Assembly (NCBI GenBank): GCA_036336835.1
Contig: JAYZFK010000076.1
Coordinates: 1 to 19,103, forward strand
Direction: 5' to 3'
Length of the DNA stretch: 19,103 bases
DNA from: Myxococcota bacterium
Lineage (GTDB): Bacteria; Myxococcota_A; UBA9160; UBA4427
Below are positions 16,601 through 19,103 of this stretch, in pieces (position 1 is the stretch's first letter; every line of letters begins with the position of its first letter). The position numbers and the translations under genes are program-made. The notes under the pieces were generated by a model that saw only the letters and a list, made by a program, of their open reading frames with translations, did not search any database and was not told the DNA's origin.

Positions 16601-17503
16601 ATGGCACCCGGTCGGCTGCTGGATTGGATCGGTGACGCTTCCGGCAGCTCATCGGCTCGGCATCTCGAAGCCTTTCGTTCGCTCGTCCTGGCCCACTGGG
16701 CGCTCCAGGCCTGGTCGTGGCGGTTGGAGCCCGCTGTCGCGGGGGTCCCAATCGGAGCGCACACCTTCGCGGTGTCGGGCGTGGTGCTGACGGCCTGCTG
16801 TGTGCTCAGCCTCGGATCCCGCGGGCGACTTGCTTGCATCATTGCGCTGCCCGTCGCCCTCCTGTGTGCGGGAGGCCTCTTCCCGTTCACCGCCAACCAC
16901 ACCTTCCTCGCGCTCGTGTGCCTCGCTGCGTTCGCGCTGCTGGATCCGAAGCTTCCGGAAGAGGGTGCTCTCGCGTTGTGTGCGCTGCGCTGGCTTGCGG
17001 TGATCGTCTTCTGCTGGGCTGGCGTCCACAAGGCGTGGTATGGCCTGTACTTCGGGGGCGAGTTCCTGACCTGGATGATCGCTCATGGCGGCGAGCGTTG
17101 GGGAGAAGTGTTCGGACTCGCCGTCTCGGATGTGGAGCTCGCGCGACTCGAGGCCTATCCGCGCTATTCGACCGAGGCGGGACCGTACCGAGCGGCATCG
17201 CCACTGCTCGTCGTGCTCTCGAACGGCGTCTGGCTGGGCGAAATCGCACTCGGGCTCGGGATGCTCTGGCGGCGGACGCGGACTTTCGCCGCGCTCGGAG
17301 CGATCGGACTCACATTCGGGATCCAGTTGGCGCCGCGTGAATTCATGTTCGCGTTGTTCTATTCGCAGTTGCTGCTGCTCTTCGTCCCCGGCGAGTGGAA
17401 CCGTCGATTGCTGGTGGTCTTCCTCGTCGTCTACGCGTATCTGCTCGCCGTGTTGCTGGGTGCGCCGGGCGAGTTCTTCTTGCGCCGGGGAGGAACGCTG
17501 TGA
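16601..17503 (+). CDS. Multi-pass membrane protein, HTTM/SdpB-like
   Basis: 300 aa with many TM helices. PFTANHTFL, VFCWAGVHK...YFGGEFL, LGEIALGLGML and TFGIQL...FMF resemble HTTM-type proteins. Coding is well supported; the family call is tentative. Confidence 0.65.
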   Translation: MAPGRLLDWIGDASGSSSARHLEAFRSLVLAHWALQAWSWRLEPAVAGVPIGAHTFAVSGVVLTACCVLSLGSRGRLACIIALPVALLCAGGLFPFTANHTFLALVCLAAFALLDPKLPEEGALALCALRWLAVIVFCWAGVHKAWYGLYFGGEFLTWMIAHGGERWGEVFGLAVSDVELARLEAYPRYSTEAGPYRAASPLLVVLSNGVWLGEIALGLGMLWRRTRTFAALGAIGLTFGIQLAPREFMFALFYSQLLLLFVPGEWNRRLLVVFLVVYAYLLAVLLGAPGEFFLRRGGTL

Positions 17504-17940
17504 AACGGCGCGTGGTCGGTGTCTTCCTGATCGCTTTTGCGCTGTGGCCGCTGATCCATCGCGACCTCGTATGGCGCTACGACGTCGACCCGTGGAAGCT
17601 CTTTGGCTTTGCGATGTACAGCGTGCCCGGTCCGATGAAGACCGTGCGGGTCTTTCCGATGTCACAGGCCGGCCGCGGCCAGATGCTCGATTTCGAGCGA
17701 TACGCTCCGGCGGAGCAGCGGTCGGTCGACCGGTTTCGGCAGCGTCGCCGAGCACTGGGCAGGCTCGCGTCGATGGAGCCGCTGGGCCAGCGCATGCTCG
17801 AGCTCCACCCGGACTGGGAGGGCGCGACGGTTGCGGTCGTGACGCTCGCGCTCGATCCGGAAACGGCTCGGCTGCAGACCAGCGTGCGGGAGCAGATACT
17901 CTGGCGTTCTGGCAGTGTCGAGCCCGAACGGACGCCCTGA
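17500..17940 (+). CDS. Small membrane-anchored hypothetical protein, possibly SdpA/DUF5819-like
   Basis: GTG overlaps the upstream TGA (GTGA) and follows GGAGG. N-terminal TM, then DPWKLFGFAMYSVPGP. Confidence 0.7.
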   Translation: MKRRVVGVFLIAFALWPLIHRDLVWRYDVDPWKLFGFAMYSVPGPMKTVRVFPMSQAGRGQMLDFERYAPAEQRSVDRFRQRRRALGRLASMEPLGQRMLELHPDWEGATVAVVTLALDPETARLQTSVREQILWRSGSVEPERTP

Positions 17941-17973
17941 TCCGCAGCTGCGCGCAGCCGACAGGAGAAGAGC

Positions 17974-19103
17974 TTGTTCGAGGACCGACCCAGTGAACCC
18001 GAGTGGCGGTCGTGGACGTGGGTCATCCTGTGGTTGCTCTCGATCTTTGCGTCGATTCCCCTTGCGCGCAGCGTTGAGGCGTGGGTCCGCGAGCACCTGG
18101 GACAACACGCCTTTGGCTGGTTCGTCGTCGGTGTGGTGGTTGCGAGCGCGGCCCTGGCCGTCATCGCGGTCGTGCGAGCTGGGGCTCGGGCGCCGGTGCA
18201 GCGGCGTCGAGGATCGCTGGTCTGGCTGATCGGCATCGCACTCGTCTTCGTCGTTTCGACGGCAACGCTGTGGTCGAATCCGGAGGAGGCGATGCACTTC
18301 GTGCAGTACGGCGGGCTGGGCGCGCTGCTGCACCGAGCGTTCGCTCATCGTCTGGCGGATCGCTCGATCTATCTCGTAGCGGGACTCGGCGGTGCGCTGA
18401 TCGGCTGTCTCGACGAGGCGATCCAGTGGATCACCCCGATGCGCTACTTCGGCATGCGCGACATCGGTCTCAATGGATATGCGAGTGTGCTGGTGCAGCT
18501 CGCGATCGCGAAGGGCATCGACCCGGCGTGGATCGAGCCGTCGTTCTCGACGCGAGGGCTGCAGGCCGTCGTGCGCGCGGCGGCCCTATTCTGGACGCTG
18601 CTGCTGGTCTTCACCCTGAACACGCCTGCGCGCGTCGATGCCTACGCCTCGTCGGTAGTCTGGCTGCAGCCCCTGGCGGACAACCCGAGCACCATGGTCG
18701 AGTACGGCCATCGCTACCGCGACCCCGAGATCGGAGTATTCCCCTCGCGTCTCTCTCCGGAAGCGCTGCGCCTCAGCGACGAGGAGCAGGGGCCGGAGGT
18801 GGGCGGGCTCGTCGCGGGCTGGAGCGGGAGCTACGACGACTTCCTGGCGAGTCACCCGCCGCACCGCGAGCCCTACGCGCACGAATTCCGAGTCCACCTG
18901 TTTCGACGTGATGCGAACATCGGTCGCTACGGCCGCAGTGGAGACGAAGCAGCGCGGCGTCGATATGCCCTGATCGCGGTTCGCGAAGATCTCATCTTGC
19001 GACGCTATTTCTCGCAAGCCCTGGAAGCCTGCGGCTGTGCACTTGGCCCGGAGCGGCAGGAGCTGGAGCGCGTAGCGCCGCGCTCGGCGGATTACGAGAG
19101 CCC
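17974..19103 (+). CDS. VanZ-family membrane protein with a C-terminal extension; 3' end lies outside the window
   Basis: Not in the ORF track. TTG at 17974 follows AGGAG and the frame stays open to the window end. EEAMHFVQYGGLG and GCLDEAIQWITPMRYFGMRDIGLN are VanZ-like motifs. Confidence 0.82.
   Translation, partial: MFEDRPSEPEWRSWTWVILWLLSIFASIPLARSVEAWVREHLGQHAFGWFVVGVVVASAALAVIAVVRAGARAPVQRRRGSLVWLIGIALVFVVSTATLWSNPEEAMHFVQYGGLGALLHRAFAHRLADRSIYLVAGLGGALIGCLDEAIQWITPMRYFGMRDIGLNGYASVLVQLAIAKGIDPAWIEPSFSTRGLQAVVRAAALFWTLLLVFTLNTPARVDAYASSVVWLQPLADNPSTMVEYGHRYRDPEIGVFPSRLSPEALRLSDEEQGPEVGGLVAGWSGSYDDFLASHPPHREPYAHEFRVHLFRRDANIGRYGRSGDEAARRRYALIAVREDLILRRYFSQALEACGCALGPERQELERVAPRSADYES

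Noticed and set aside
17938..17976. TGA readthrough or selenocysteine fusing the 17500 ORF to the in-frame VanZ-like ORF
   Set aside because: The downstream gene has its own AGGAG and TTG start; no Cys/Sec context or obvious SECIS; a shared frame occurs 1 time in 3 by chance.

Overview
GC-rich bacterial chromosomal window. The gene set (PEP-CTERM protein, HpnN-like transporter, RqcH, type-2 IleRS) suggests a Gram-negative, possibly Myxococcota/deltaproteobacterial organism; that is inference. Order: an ileS-derived ORF (-, runs off the left edge) and recX (-), divergent from mutM/fpg, an RqcH/NFACT gene, an ankyrin protein and a hypothetical protein with a PcrA-type C-terminal Tudor-like domain (all +). 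Next come a Zn-dependent alcohol dehydrogenase (-), an AT-richer regulatory gap, a PEP-CTERM protein (+), a long hairpin, an MTH1-like Nudix hydrolase and an HpnN-like MMPL transporter (-), and a PDZ protein (+). Then a four-gene glycosylation operon (GT2, GT4, flippase-like, SAM methyltransferase; -) and three membrane genes (HTTM-like, small partner, VanZ-like; +, the last running off the right edge). The standout is the ileS ORF, which the supplied ORF track misses. It is an open frame of type-2 IleRS sequence with two large in-frame internal deletions: one removes CP1 editing plus KMSKS, the other most of the anticodon-binding region. The predicted product is a mini-IleRS of only 343 codons within the window. 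No rRNA, tRNA, CRISPR array or mobile element was seen. All family calls come from motif recognition by eye, not database searches.
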